NCBI GenBank assembly: GCA_965216785.1
Contig: OZ244197.1
Location: forward strand, 2,112,001 to 2,176,000
Origin: Thermodesulfobacteriota bacterium
GTDB taxonomy: Bacteria; Desulfobacterota_D; UBA1144; Nemesobacterales; UBA2774
DNA: 64,000 nt
Reading direction: 5' to 3'
The position numbers were made by a program, and so were the translations under genes. The notes below the pieces were generated by a model. It did no database searches, was not told the origin of the DNA, and saw only the letters and a program-made list of their open reading frames with translations. Positions 49,658 to 58,812 of this stretch are shown piece by piece. Numbering within the stretch: position 1 is the first letter of the stretch; every line of letters begins with the position of its first letter.

Positions 49658-50749
49658 ATGGGACGATTGAGACAGAAACAGGAGATCTGGGGCGAAGTGC
49701 TGACTGACAAGGGATATATGAGAGTGCCGAGGGCGCTGAGGCTCAAAAGGGCCGAGCTTGGGATAAGCAATAATGAATATGCAATATTGCTTGACTATCT
49801 GGACTATTACACTTACTGCGGCGGCCAAAACCCCTACGGGCACCTGGCTCAGGTGAACGGGGTGAGCGAGAGGACTGTGCAGAATACGCTCGGCAAGCTG
49901 GCGCAGAAAGGGCTGATCGGGAGGATCGTGAAAAAACACCCCAGCGGAAGGACCAAGGGGGTCGTTTTCACTATTGAGCCGCTGCTCATAAAGCTTAAGG
50001 GTAGGGTGAAAGATCTTTCACCTACAGAGGGTGAAAAAAACTTCACCTACGAGGGGGAAGAAACCTTCACCCCTAATACTAGAGAAGTAGGTAACAAGAG
50101 TAGAGATAGTAAAAAAAGCTCTCCCGAAGCCCTGCCTGCGGGAGAAGCTGCGGCTAAGCATTCTTATTCGAATGATACTTTAGGGAACTCACTCAGAGAA
50201 ACGAGAGAGCTATATGCCTTGTCGGACGCTGAGACTGGTCCTGAAAACCAAAAGGCCCGGGGACGTAAGAGGAAGAGTAATTCAAAAGACCCTTACAACT
50301 CGACCAGGTGGTACAACGAAGTGTTTTCGGAGATTTACAAAGAGGCTTCGGGGCAGCCCGTGCTGACGGGGGGAAGGGAGTACGGGGCGGCCAGGACCTA
50401 CTTTTCAAGGCTAAGGGAGCTGAACCCTTTGCTCGGCGCAGAGGAGATATACGAGCGGGCAAGTGACGGGGCGCGCTTTATGCTCGAGTCGCAGCTAAGG
50501 GGAGGGGTGTTCGGGTGGATGCACTGCCCGCCCGACATATGCATGCTGTCGGGTCAGGCTCAGGCCGTTGACTATCATTTGAGGAAAACGGTTATAGCGG
50601 GCACGGCAGAGCAGAAAGACTCAAAACCAAAGCAAGTGAAAATTTCCGGAGCCAGAGAGCTCGGGGAAAAGGAGGCTTATTATGCGTCAGAAGAGATCAC
50701 AAGAATTTACGGGGAGCTCAAGGGGCTTCGGGGAGCCAAGGGGCAGTGA
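49658..50749 (+). CDS. Phage-type replication initiator with DnaD-like N-terminal wHTH
   Basis: GY..VP..L....ELG.S..E..ILL..LA...GVSERTVQ..L..L..KGLI.R..F.IEPL..KL; internal iterons. Confidence 0.7.
   Translation: MGRLRQKQEIWGEVLTDKGYMRVPRALRLKRAELGISNNEYAILLDYLDYYTYCGGQNPYGHLAQVNGVSERTVQNTLGKLAQKGLIGRIVKKHPSGRTKGVVFTIEPLLIKLKGRVKDLSPTEGEKNFTYEGEETFTPNTREVGNKSRDSKKSSPEALPAGEAAAKHSYSNDTLGNSLRETRELYALSDAETGPENQKARGRKRKSNSKDPYNSTRWYNEVFSEIYKEASGQPVLTGGREYGAARTYFSRLRELNPLLGAEEIYERASDGARFMLESQLRGGVFGWMHCPPDICMLSGQAQAVDYHLRKTVIAGTAEQKDSKPKQVKISGARELGEKEAYYASEEITRIYGELKGLRGAKGQ
50005..50071. repeat. Three palindromic iterons GG(T/G)GAA-N6-TTCACC (putative ori)
   Basis: Units at 50005, 50030, 50054 followed by an A-rich tract. 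Confidence 0.7.
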
Positions 50750-51560
50750 GCGGCAGGTGTCGGAGTTTTTAAGGCGCGGGCAGCGGGCGTACCCGGAGAT
50801 ACGGCGCCGCGATAAAAGGCTTTTGGAAGAGGCGCTTGATTTTCTCTTGAGCGCCGAGGGAATAAATGACCCCGAGGGGACGCTTAAGTCGCTCTTTCAT
50901 GTGTATGAGGAGATAGACCCGTACGCGGATTATATAAAGCCCGGAGAGAGGGAGTTTTTCCCGGCACATAAGCGCGAGCGGACGCTCGAGCGGTTCCTGG
51001 AGGGATTTAAGTACATTTACTACATCCTGCTCAGGGCCCAGGAGAGGCTTTATCTCGCCAATACGTTTGGAGTGTTCTGGGAGCGCTGCGCCGAGTATCT
51101 TCAAAAGTGCGGTTACAAGAACAAGTATATAGATGGCGTATGTGGTAAGGATTCTCTATTTTACAGGCAGAGCTTTAATTACTGGCGGAGTGAGTTTAAG
51201 GACGAAGAAGAGGGGTTTTTGGTGATGTTCGCCTACTTTAAGGCTTGTTTCGGGATAGAGGGGAACGACGTTTACTGCTCGGTCGCGAACAGCCGAGAGA
51301 CTACGTATGACTGGAGGCGTATGAAGGCTTGTTTTGAGAAGCTACGGGACTCTGCAGTAAAAGAGACTGTAGTGCCAGCGCCAAAGTACGAAGAGTGGTC
51401 TGAGAAAAACAAAAGGATGATCCGGCAGAGGATAGAGGCCTACAAGAGGGAGCGCAGCGAGGAGATAAGAAAATCTGAGCAGGTGCTTGAAAATATCAGG
51501 ATACGAAACGAGAAAGAGGGGCATGGGCAGTTTGCGGCGGCAGGCAGCGCACATGGTTAG
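50682..51560 (+). CDS. Hypothetical protein in the helicase-loader position
   Basis: GGAGG RBS, overlaps the initiator end; no Walker motif seen. Confidence 0.7.
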   Translation: MRQKRSQEFTGSSRGFGEPRGSERQVSEFLRRGQRAYPEIRRRDKRLLEEALDFLLSAEGINDPEGTLKSLFHVYEEIDPYADYIKPGEREFFPAHKRERTLERFLEGFKYIYYILLRAQERLYLANTFGVFWERCAEYLQKCGYKNKYIDGVCGKDSLFYRQSFNYWRSEFKDEEEGFLVMFAYFKACFGIEGNDVYCSVANSRETTYDWRRMKACFEKLRDSAVKETVVPAPKYEEWSEKNKRMIRQRIEAYKRERSEEIRKSEQVLENIRIRNEKEGHGQFAAAGSAHG

Positions 51561-51771
51561 AGAGATTTTCGGGGTTTCGGAGCGTATAATATGCAGCGGT
51601 AACGGGGAGTTGCGGCTATTTTTGAAAATAATAGGTTAATTGTGAAAAGTTCGGGTATAATATTATATTAGCAGTTACTGTATCCGAATTGTCCTGAGAA
51701 TAGAAAAGGGCGGCTCGGCTGACAAGTTGTTAAGCTGAAGTCAGGATATGAAGCCAAGGTAAGGTAAAAAC

Positions 51772-52041
51772 ATGAGAGCAAACTATTATCACGAGCGTCT
51801 GGGTATTACATTTCGTATCATAGGTCTTCTTTTTGAGGACGAGAGGTACGAAATCTATCATGCCCGGAACAAAAAGTATGACCGGGACCTGATTCTCCAC
51901 TTTCCTAAGACCGGAGAAGGCCGGAAGTACAACGTCCCTAAGGTGAACTTCGAGAGGCTTGCAGCCGGGACGACGAGCAAGCCGCCAAAAGAAGTCAATC
52001 TGCCGTGGGATAACAAGTCCGAGAGGGCTAAAGGGCACTAA
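51772..52041 (+). CDS. Hypothetical protein
   Basis: AAGGT RBS, 89 aa. Confidence 0.6.
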   Translation: MRANYYHERLGITFRIIGLLFEDERYEIYHARNKKYDRDLILHFPKTGEGRKYNVPKVNFERLAAGTTSKPPKEVNLPWDNKSERAKGH

Positions 52042-52538
52042 GCACGCACGGGGATAGAGGCGGTCCTTTGACTGCACGCTCACCCTGATCGGGGGATTTC
52101 TGCGATGCGGGAGAAGGGATAAAGTCAGGGGCTAAGGCAAACCCTGTCGATTGCATCCGCTTGTGCCTGACCACAAATAAACTTGTTTCTGTAGAGTGAA
52201 TGAAGGGGTGTTTTTTATCCTAGCCGGGAGGGCTTTGCTTTTTCAGCCTGAAGACCGCGGGACCGGGAGCATATAAGCCCGGGGGCTGTAGCCGCTGCGG
52301 GGAGGGGAAAGCGCCCGGGATCGGGAGTTCTTATTTGGGTATGTTCAGAATGGTACTCCAAGGCGGAGCTGCGTCCGATCTTCCCGATGGCATGAAGCAG
52401 GTGGAAGCATACGGTAGAGCAAAGGTGTGAAGTATTTGTCGTTTTGGAGTACAGATAGGCGCTGTAACAGTTGATGTAGGAGTCGAGTCGAACGAGGGCC
52501 GGTTGTTTTAGGGTAAGCACTTATTGAAGGAGGGGATT

Positions 52539-53459
52539 ATGACTTATGACTTCGAGTCTCTCAGCTGTCCGATGTGCGGCGGGGAGCTTATATATTCTGA
52601 GGGTACGCACGACCTTTGCTGCGCAAAGAACAAGTACGAGCTTTCGAGTATGGAAATGGGCAGGGGCGGCCCTTCGACTGCGCACTGTGTGCGCGCTCAG
52701 GGTGAGCGGGGGATTTCTGCGATGCCGGGGAGGGAAAGAAGGAAGGATGAGATCCCGGATCGAGTCCGGGATGACAAAGAAGAGAGGGATAAATTTGGGG
52801 ACAGAGGCGAGCGCAGTGCAGCGATGCCCGCAGGAATAAAATCAGGGGACAGAGGCGAGCGTTTTAGTGCGATGCCTGCAGGTATAAAATCAGGGGACGG
52901 AGGCGAGCGCAGTGCAGCGATGCCGGGGAATGAATTAAACAAAATCGGCAGAGCGCTTCATGAGCCCGGGGCAGGATACGGGAGCGCGGGAAGTAATGGT
53001 GAGACACAGGGTGAATCGAGCGCCCCAAATTCCGGGTCTACACAAGAGACGCATGTTGGAATGAGTAGGCCGCATGCGAGCAAAAGTGATTTGAATAAAT
53101 CGAGTGGATGCTTATTCGCCGTCTCTTTTACCGAGAGCGGGAGGCACGGGACCCTGTGGAGCATCAGGACTGTGCACGGGGGCACGAATTATTTTTCGCT
53201 CATGAGACTAATGGACAAGATTGAGAAGCGCCAGAGGAGGGGCGAGCCTCTTGCCGCGAACGTCCCCAACCTGCCCAGGAAGGTGGAGCGCTCTAAAGAG
53301 TGTAAGCTGGCCTTCCGCTACAGCCTCGAGGTCGAGGACCTGTATTCAATTAAATACAGCTCGGAGACAGTGGACAAGCTGGCCATGTACTACGGGCTGA
53401 CTGAGCCCGACATCAGGCACATTCAGGCCGCGGAGATCGGGGGAGATCAGGGGACATGA
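52539..53459 (+). CDS. Hypothetical protein: CxxC N-terminus, repeat-derived linker, C-terminal domain (may be two genes, second from 53061)
   Basis: AGGAGG RBS; CPMCGG; in-frame repeats. Confidence 0.5.
   Translation: MTYDFESLSCPMCGGELIYSEGTHDLCCAKNKYELSSMEMGRGGPSTAHCVRAQGERGISAMPGRERRKDEIPDRVRDDKEERDKFGDRGERSAAMPAGIKSGDRGERFSAMPAGIKSGDGGERSAAMPGNELNKIGRALHEPGAGYGSAGSNGETQGESSAPNSGSTQETHVGMSRPHASKSDLNKSSGCLFAVSFTESGRHGTLWSIRTVHGGTNYFSLMRLMDKIEKRQRRGEPLAANVPNLPRKVERSKECKLAFRYSLEVEDLYSIKYSSETVDKLAMYYGLTEPDIRHIQAAEIGGDQGT
52749..52775. repeat. REP-like GAGATCCCG..CGGGATGAC; copies at 55772-55799, 56256-56304, 57589-57615, 58111-58138
   Basis: Recurrent hairpin with GATGAC end. Confidence 0.8.
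52797..52928 (+). repeat. Three 48-bp tandem hairpin units
   Basis: GGGGAC at 52797, 52845, 52893; same core as the 50-bp array. Confidence 0.93.
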
Positions 53460-53599
53460 AGCAAAAGAGAGCGTGGGCGGATACCATCTGCTTAGAGTGC
53501 AAATAGAGCGGTTATTCAGGGTGATTAGTAGTCATGAATTGTATGGATAAAGCCCGTGGATATGTCATAATACTTATATAAACAAACGAGTGAGGAGAC

Positions 53600-54187
53600 G
53601 TGATGAAGAGAACCTACACCTTATATATAGCGGCGGTAATGATGACACTCAGCATATTCTCGTTTGGTTGTAATAAGCAGGGCTCGGATCCTGTTTCGGA
53701 GTCCGCGGCGGATCAGCTGGCTAAAGGGCAGGCGCTTGTGGAGGAGTGGAAATGCAATTACTGCCATTCACCGGAGGTTATGGGTCCTGAGGGTAAGGCA
53801 ATCCCCGATCCGGACAGGCTGCTTTCGGGACATCCGGCGGACGAGGAGATCCCGGAAATACCCGATATGATTATGACATCGCCCGAGTACATGGAGTTTT
53901 TGGACAACCTTGACTCTACAGTGTGGGCGACCGACAACAAGATTGTGTTCACGGCCAACCTGACTCCGGACGACGAGACGGGGATCGGCGCCTGGACTGA
54001 GGAAATGTTCATTGCCACCATACGCTCGGGCCAGCACCGGGGGGTGGGCAAGAGGCTCAAGTACCCGATGCCGTGGCAGGAGCTCGCGGAGCTTGACGAC
54101 GCGGAGCTTGCGGCCATATACGTATACCTACAGAGCGTTGAGCCTGTAAGTAATAAAGTCCCTGAGTCGATAGTTCTTTTTAAGTAA
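53600..54187 (+). CDS. c-type cytochrome lipoprotein
   Basis: Lipobox SFGC; CNYCH; ANLTPD.ETGIG.W; PMPW. Confidence 0.9.
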   Translation: MMKRTYTLYIAAVMMTLSIFSFGCNKQGSDPVSESAADQLAKGQALVEEWKCNYCHSPEVMGPEGKAIPDPDRLLSGHPADEEIPEIPDMIMTSPEYMEFLDNLDSTVWATDNKIVFTANLTPDDETGIGAWTEEMFIATIRSGQHRGVGKRLKYPMPWQELAELDDAELAAIYVYLQSVEPVSNKVPESIVLFK

Positions 54188-54330
54188 CGCGGTGAAATCC
54201 GGAATGGGCGGAGTATAGACTTTTACGGCTTCGGGACACCGGAAAGTATTTCCGTAGAGAAAAATGAGTGTTGCAAATTTTTAATAATTACAGTACATTT
54301 GTGTTAATAGTTAATGCAAGGAGTGTGCAT

Positions 54331-55086
54331 ATGAAGATGAGCGGTTATAAGCCATCTCTTTTAAGCGCAGTTTTAATTATCGCGGTTTTACTTGTATTGC
54401 CGTTGACCCCGGCTTTCGCACAGGTTGACTTTACCCCGAGCGAGGGGGAGTTTGTTCTGGCAAATCCACAGGTTCTGGAGCAGAATTTTCAGTCGGGCAA
54501 TGTGGCTCCGGGGGAGCTTGAGAGCTGTGACTCGCCAGTGAACCTTGACTCGGACGGTGATTGCTTTAACCCGGGAGATATATTCCCCGGTATTCAGTTT
54601 GACTCTATTCCCCCGGGAGATATGAACCTCGCGGGCAGTTTCTGGAGCGCGAACCAAAACCCTATGAACGCTCTTACGCCGGACGGCTCCACTCAGTCTA
54701 TGGAGATCACTTTCCCGGATAACGCTATAAACGCCGCCGGGCTTACCTTGGGCTGCCTGGATGACAATGGCGGTTGTATTGGCGACCTGGTGGGTGTTGA
54801 CGTATTCGGGGCGGGCGGCGAGCTATTGGGCTCGACTCAAGCTTTTGTATCGAGTCAGTTTAATACGTTTGTAGGAATTACGTCCGTGGAGATTATAGAA
54901 AGAATAGTGATTAGCGACGCAAACCCGCAGACAGTGAGCTTTAGAGGACTGAGCAGAGTGCTGTACCCGCTGCAGGATGAAGTTGATATTCCGACTCTGA
55001 GCGAGTGGGGGCTGATTGCGACAGTGCTGGGGCTGGGAATTATAGGGCTCTTTGCTATACGCAGAAGGGCTGCTGCCAGAACATAA
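54331..55086 (+). CDS. IPTL-CTERM protein
   Basis: Signal peptide; IPTLSEWG tail. Confidence 0.85.
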   Translation: MKMSGYKPSLLSAVLIIAVLLVLPLTPAFAQVDFTPSEGEFVLANPQVLEQNFQSGNVAPGELESCDSPVNLDSDGDCFNPGDIFPGIQFDSIPPGDMNLAGSFWSANQNPMNALTPDGSTQSMEITFPDNAINAAGLTLGCLDDNGGCIGDLVGVDVFGAGGELLGSTQAFVSSQFNTFVGITSVEIIERIVISDANPQTVSFRGLSRVLYPLQDEVDIPTLSEWGLIATVLGLGIIGLFAIRRRAAART

Positions 55087-55208
55087 GATAAGAATAGCAA
55101 GATAGTATATACCTAATATAGAATATTAACAGAGCCTCTTCCCCCACTACCGGGGAAGGGGCTTTTTTGTGTATAATGTGCGTAGTAAAATGAATGAAGG
55201 AGCACGGT

Positions 55209-55742
55209 ATGAAAAAATTCATCACATTTTCAATAGTAACGATGTTTCTGATAGCCTCGCCGCTTGGCGCGGTGGCCGCATTTGCCCAGGAGGCTGAGGT
55301 AGCTGAAGAAACAGAGGCCGCGGCGGACCCCGAAAAGGAAGCGGTCAATAAAGCGCTGGGCCAGTTCTATATGGCGCTAAACCAGTTGTTCAAAGGCGAC
55401 GTGGAGCCGATGAAAAAGGTGTGGTCACACGCAGAGGACGTAACGTATATGCCTCCTGACGGCACATATCTCATAGGCTGGGACGAGACTATTAAGTCGT
55501 GGCAAGAGCAGGCGGCAATGAAGCTTGGCGGAGTGATAAGGCCTGTAGAGCTCAATTACCAGATTGGTGACACGATTGCGGTCGTGCAAAATTACGAGGT
55601 CGGAGAGAATTTTGCAAATGGCGAACGGGATACTGTGAAAATACGGGCTACCAATGTATTCAGGAAGGAAGACGGCCAGTGGAAGATGGTATCGCACCAT
55701 ACGGACGTGCTGCCGTTTTTAGAAAAGGAAGAGAAAAAGTAG
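55209..55742 (+). CDS. Secreted SnoaL/NTF2-like protein
   Basis: Signal peptide; FY.ALN, IRATNVFRKEDG.WKM..HH. Confidence 0.88.
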   Translation: MKKFITFSIVTMFLIASPLGAVAAFAQEAEVAEETEAAADPEKEAVNKALGQFYMALNQLFKGDVEPMKKVWSHAEDVTYMPPDGTYLIGWDETIKSWQEQAAMKLGGVIRPVELNYQIGDTIAVVQNYEVGENFANGERDTVKIRATNVFRKEDGQWKMVSHHTDVLPFLEKEEKK

Positions 55743-55819
55743 GGGCTTTATCTATAAGCAGGGTAAAAGATGAGGGCCCGGACCACGCTCCGGGATGACA
55801 AAAATGCGGGAGGGAGATT

Positions 55820-56221
55820 ATGGATATAAAGGAAGCGGTAGAAGAGTATTTCAGGGCGCTTAACGCAATGTTCGCGGGAGACGCTGAGCATATTAAGCAC
55901 CTGTGGTCGCACAGCGCCGACGCGGTATTCTATGGTCCTGACGCCAGCACGCTTACCGGTTGGGAAGCTGTGGAGACGCTCATCGATCAGCACGCGGCGA
56001 TGAACATCGGGGGGTTTGTAGAGCCTTCCGGCATTCACTACGTCGAAGGCGGCGAGCTGACGGTAGTTTATAGCAATGTGAAGGGCCATCATCATATTGG
56101 CGGTAAGCAGCAGCCCGTGGACATCCGCGCTTCCATGGTGTTCCGCGAGGAAAGCGGGGAGTGGAAGGTGGTTGCTCTACAGACGGACATACTGCCGTTT
56201 ATTTTGCCGCTGGGTGATTAG
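55820..56221 (+). CDS. SnoaL/NTF2-like protein
   Basis: Paralogue of both neighbours. Confidence 0.85.
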   Translation: MDIKEAVEEYFRALNAMFAGDAEHIKHLWSHSADAVFYGPDASTLTGWEAVETLIDQHAAMNIGGFVEPSGIHYVEGGELTVVYSNVKGHHHIGGKQQPVDIRASMVFREESGEWKVVALQTDILPFILPLGD

Positions 56222-56439
56222 GCGTATCTGAGATAAAAAAGTATAAGAAACAGATGAGATCCTGAATAGATCCGGATCAAGCCCGGGACATGGTTCAGGA
56301 TGACCACCCTTCGCTTCCGACTTCGCAAATGCATCGTCGAGACAAGAAAGCTTCGGGTGGCAAGCAATAAGGTATCACACCCATCCTAACCTTCCCCCCT
56401 CAAGGGGGAAGGAATTGAAGATTGAAAAGGAGAAGCGAA

Positions 56440-56832
56440 ATGCATATAAATGAAGCGATAGATCAGTTTTACGGGGCTTTGAACGCACTGATCGGGGGAA
56501 ACATAGAGCCGATGAAGGAGATATGGCTGCATGAGGATTACGTTACGTACCTTGACCCCACGGGGGCATATCTTGTCGGCTGGGACAAGGTGCTCGAGAG
56601 CTGGCAGAAGCAGGCGGACATGCACATAGACGGGGACGTGCACCATGAGAAGCTGCAGGTGATGGTGGAGGGGACCATGGCGGTCGCTCACAACTACGAG
56701 ATCGGGAATACGGAGATAGAAGGGAAGCGGGAGCATGTGTTCATACGCGCCACGAACGTGTTCCTTAAAAAAGACGGCAAATGGAAAATGATCTCACACC
56801 ACGTTGACCATATGAAGATGCTTGGGGGGTAG
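56440..56832 (+). CDS. SnoaL/NTF2-like protein
   Basis: IRATNVF.K.DGKWKMISHH. Confidence 0.88.
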   Translation: MHINEAIDQFYGALNALIGGNIEPMKEIWLHEDYVTYLDPTGAYLVGWDKVLESWQKQADMHIDGDVHHEKLQVMVEGTMAVAHNYEIGNTEIEGKREHVFIRATNVFLKKDGKWKMISHHVDHMKMLGG

Positions 56833-56860
56833 GGGGGGTGCATTAACGTGATGCAAATTC

Positions 56861-57637
56861 TCAATGCCCGCTGTAGCGGCTTTTTTGGGCGGCGGGGATT
56901 GGGGTAACGGGTTTGCAGGTGCGTGCTTCATCGACGGTTCTTTTCATGGTTTCGAGGTTTACCTGGGCTTTTTGGTAGTAAATCGGCAATAGGCCTTCGG
57001 ATTCCCACTTCTCAGCTTCTTCGCAGGGTATGCTCTTCTTAGTCCTTTTCCCGCCTTTTAATACCTTATTGTAATAGAGTACGTCGTTTTCGATCTTCGG
57101 GTCATCGTACCAGTCAAAGAACGACAGGCTTTTGGTCGGGAGGTCAATTATCAAAACCCGCTTGTGGTCACGCCCCGTCCACTGGTCCAGGAAAAGCTGC
57201 TCGCCCAAAAGTCCCACGAACTGGTTGGCTCCCCCGAACTCGCCGGCTTTGATGAAGTAGTAAGCTCTTTTCAGATTTAGATTGCAAGGGTCTTGCACTT
57301 CTTCGGTCTTGAAAATGTAGGTGTTCTGGCCTTCAAAGTCCTTGGACCTGACGGAATATATAGTATAGAAGTCATATACATATGCCTTACCGCTCTCACA
57401 GGTCTTTACCTCCGCAGTTTCAGTGCCGGGAATCAGGGGTACTACCTGCTTGTACTGCTGCTCGTAGGAGAGTGCGGAGGCTGTGGTGAGAAATAAGAAT
57501 GTAAGGAAAATTGATAATGTTATTAAATCCCCCCCCACCTTTAATCCTCCCCCCGCGGGGGGGAGGAGATTAGAAAAAGACAAAAAATGAGATCCCGAAA
57601 CAAGTTCAGGATGACAAGATAAGGATAGTTTTTTCAT
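56861..57637 (-). CDS. Secreted hypothetical protein with REP-like DNA in its N-terminus (paralogue of 58813)
   Basis: Shared PLIPGT, GGAN.F.GL....LF.DQ.TG motifs. Confidence 0.75.
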   Translation of the reverse strand: MKKLSLSCHPELVSGSHFLSFSNLLPPAGGGLKVGGDLITLSIFLTFLFLTTASALSYEQQYKQVVPLIPGTETAEVKTCESGKAYVYDFYTIYSVRSKDFEGQNTYIFKTEEVQDPCNLNLKRAYYFIKAGEFGGANQFVGLLGEQLFLDQWTGRDHKRVLIIDLPTKSLSFFDWYDDPKIENDVLYYNKVLKGGKRTKKSIPCEEAEKWESEGLLPIYYQKAQVNLETMKRTVDEARTCKPVTPIPAAQKSRYSGH

Positions 57638-57689
57638 GAGGGAAAAGGATACCCGGCTTCGTAATACTTCGCCTGGCGTAGCAAGATTA

Positions 57690-58077
57690 TTTCTTCTTTT
57701 GCATGATCACACACGAAGTGTGAATTACTAAAAGATTGCAAAAATCATCGCCTGGACACTCACAAAGTGAGTTTTTACAAATGTGACCTAAGGACTTAGT
57801 AAATTTCTGGCTGCGCGGTATATTGTAGAAACCGTTTGTCAGCACGCACAGCGTGTACGCTAAAAATGAATTCTGTAAGCTAAACCTCCACAATTCCGCC
57901 CACACCCCGTGTGAGGTTTTTAACGCGGACACAGAGTGTCCAATCATACGGTTTCTACATGGCTTATGAGTTAGGGTAAGCAGATAAAGTTCTCATGAAC
58001 CTCATGAGGAATGTAGAAACATTATGTCTGCGGGCACTGCCCGCATTTTCTTAACGCTATTTATGTATGTCGGAAGC
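57690..58077. repeat. Modular structured interspersed element, copy C (longest)
   Basis: Core plus three inserted hairpin modules. Confidence 0.85.
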
Positions 58078-58259
58078 TTAAAAGCAAAGACAACGGCAAA
58101 AGAAAATGATGAGATCCCGGATCGGTGTCCGGGATAACAATGTAATGGCTCTATTTTCATTCCGAAAAAAATACCAGAGTTTCCGGTCTTGCAATGTAAG
58201 GGCAATTGTTATTAGAATTGAGGGTATAGTATTGATAATCCAGTCAGCAGGAGGGTGTT

Positions 58260-58781
58260 ATGAGCTTAAGAAAATTACTATTGATGTTACCGTTGCTGCT
58301 GTTTCTTGGGACCACAGCGTGCGATAACGACAACAGCAGTAACGCGCAGGATATGGAGCCTGACCCGGCGCCTGTGCAAGCCAAGACCACTGTAACGGGC
58401 AAGGTGATCCCGCCCGGAAGCGATAGCTGCAATGGAATGTTTCCAGGGTTTATGGACGGGGACGATGTGGAAATCGATGTCAATTCTAACGGAGGACCGT
58501 CCGGAACCGCGACTATTATGGTTAATCAGGGGACAGACGGGATGATAGCGTGCTCGGCTGACGGCGCGGGGCTAGAGATTGTGGATTCGCCGCCAATATC
58601 TAATATTATTTGTGAGGTAATGTCGGTATCGAGCGAGTTTACGGGAGTCAGCAATGGAGACCTGCTTCAATTTGCGGTCTTCTTTTCAGGTGAATCGCCC
58701 GTACAGAAGCAGGCGGTTGTAATTGTCATGGATCAATGCGCTGTTATAGGAATCGAAAACCTTAACGCGAACTCTTCTTAG
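58260..58781 (+). CDS. Lipoprotein
   Basis: AGGAGG RBS; lipobox TTAC. Confidence 0.75.
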   Translation: MSLRKLLLMLPLLLFLGTTACDNDNSSNAQDMEPDPAPVQAKTTVTGKVIPPGSDSCNGMFPGFMDGDDVEIDVNSNGGPSGTATIMVNQGTDGMIACSADGAGLEIVDSPPISNIICEVMSVSSEFTGVSNGDLLQFAVFFSGESPVQKQAVVIVMDQCAVIGIENLNANSS

Positions 58782-58812
58782 AAAACTGGTCAACGAAGAT
58801 TTCTAATATGGA

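Noticed and set aside
48876-52928. Hairpin repeat as a kink-turn or group II intron domain V
   Set aside because: No 3-nt bulge 5' of the GA with a pairable C-stem, no D5 consensus, and no reverse transcriptase gene
46700-53600. Complete prophage or ICE
   Set aside because: No integrase, terminase, capsid, tail, relaxase, tRNA or flanking direct repeat seen
57687-58205. 86-aa and 67-aa ORFs
   Set aside because: Lie within repeat elements; not conserved between copies
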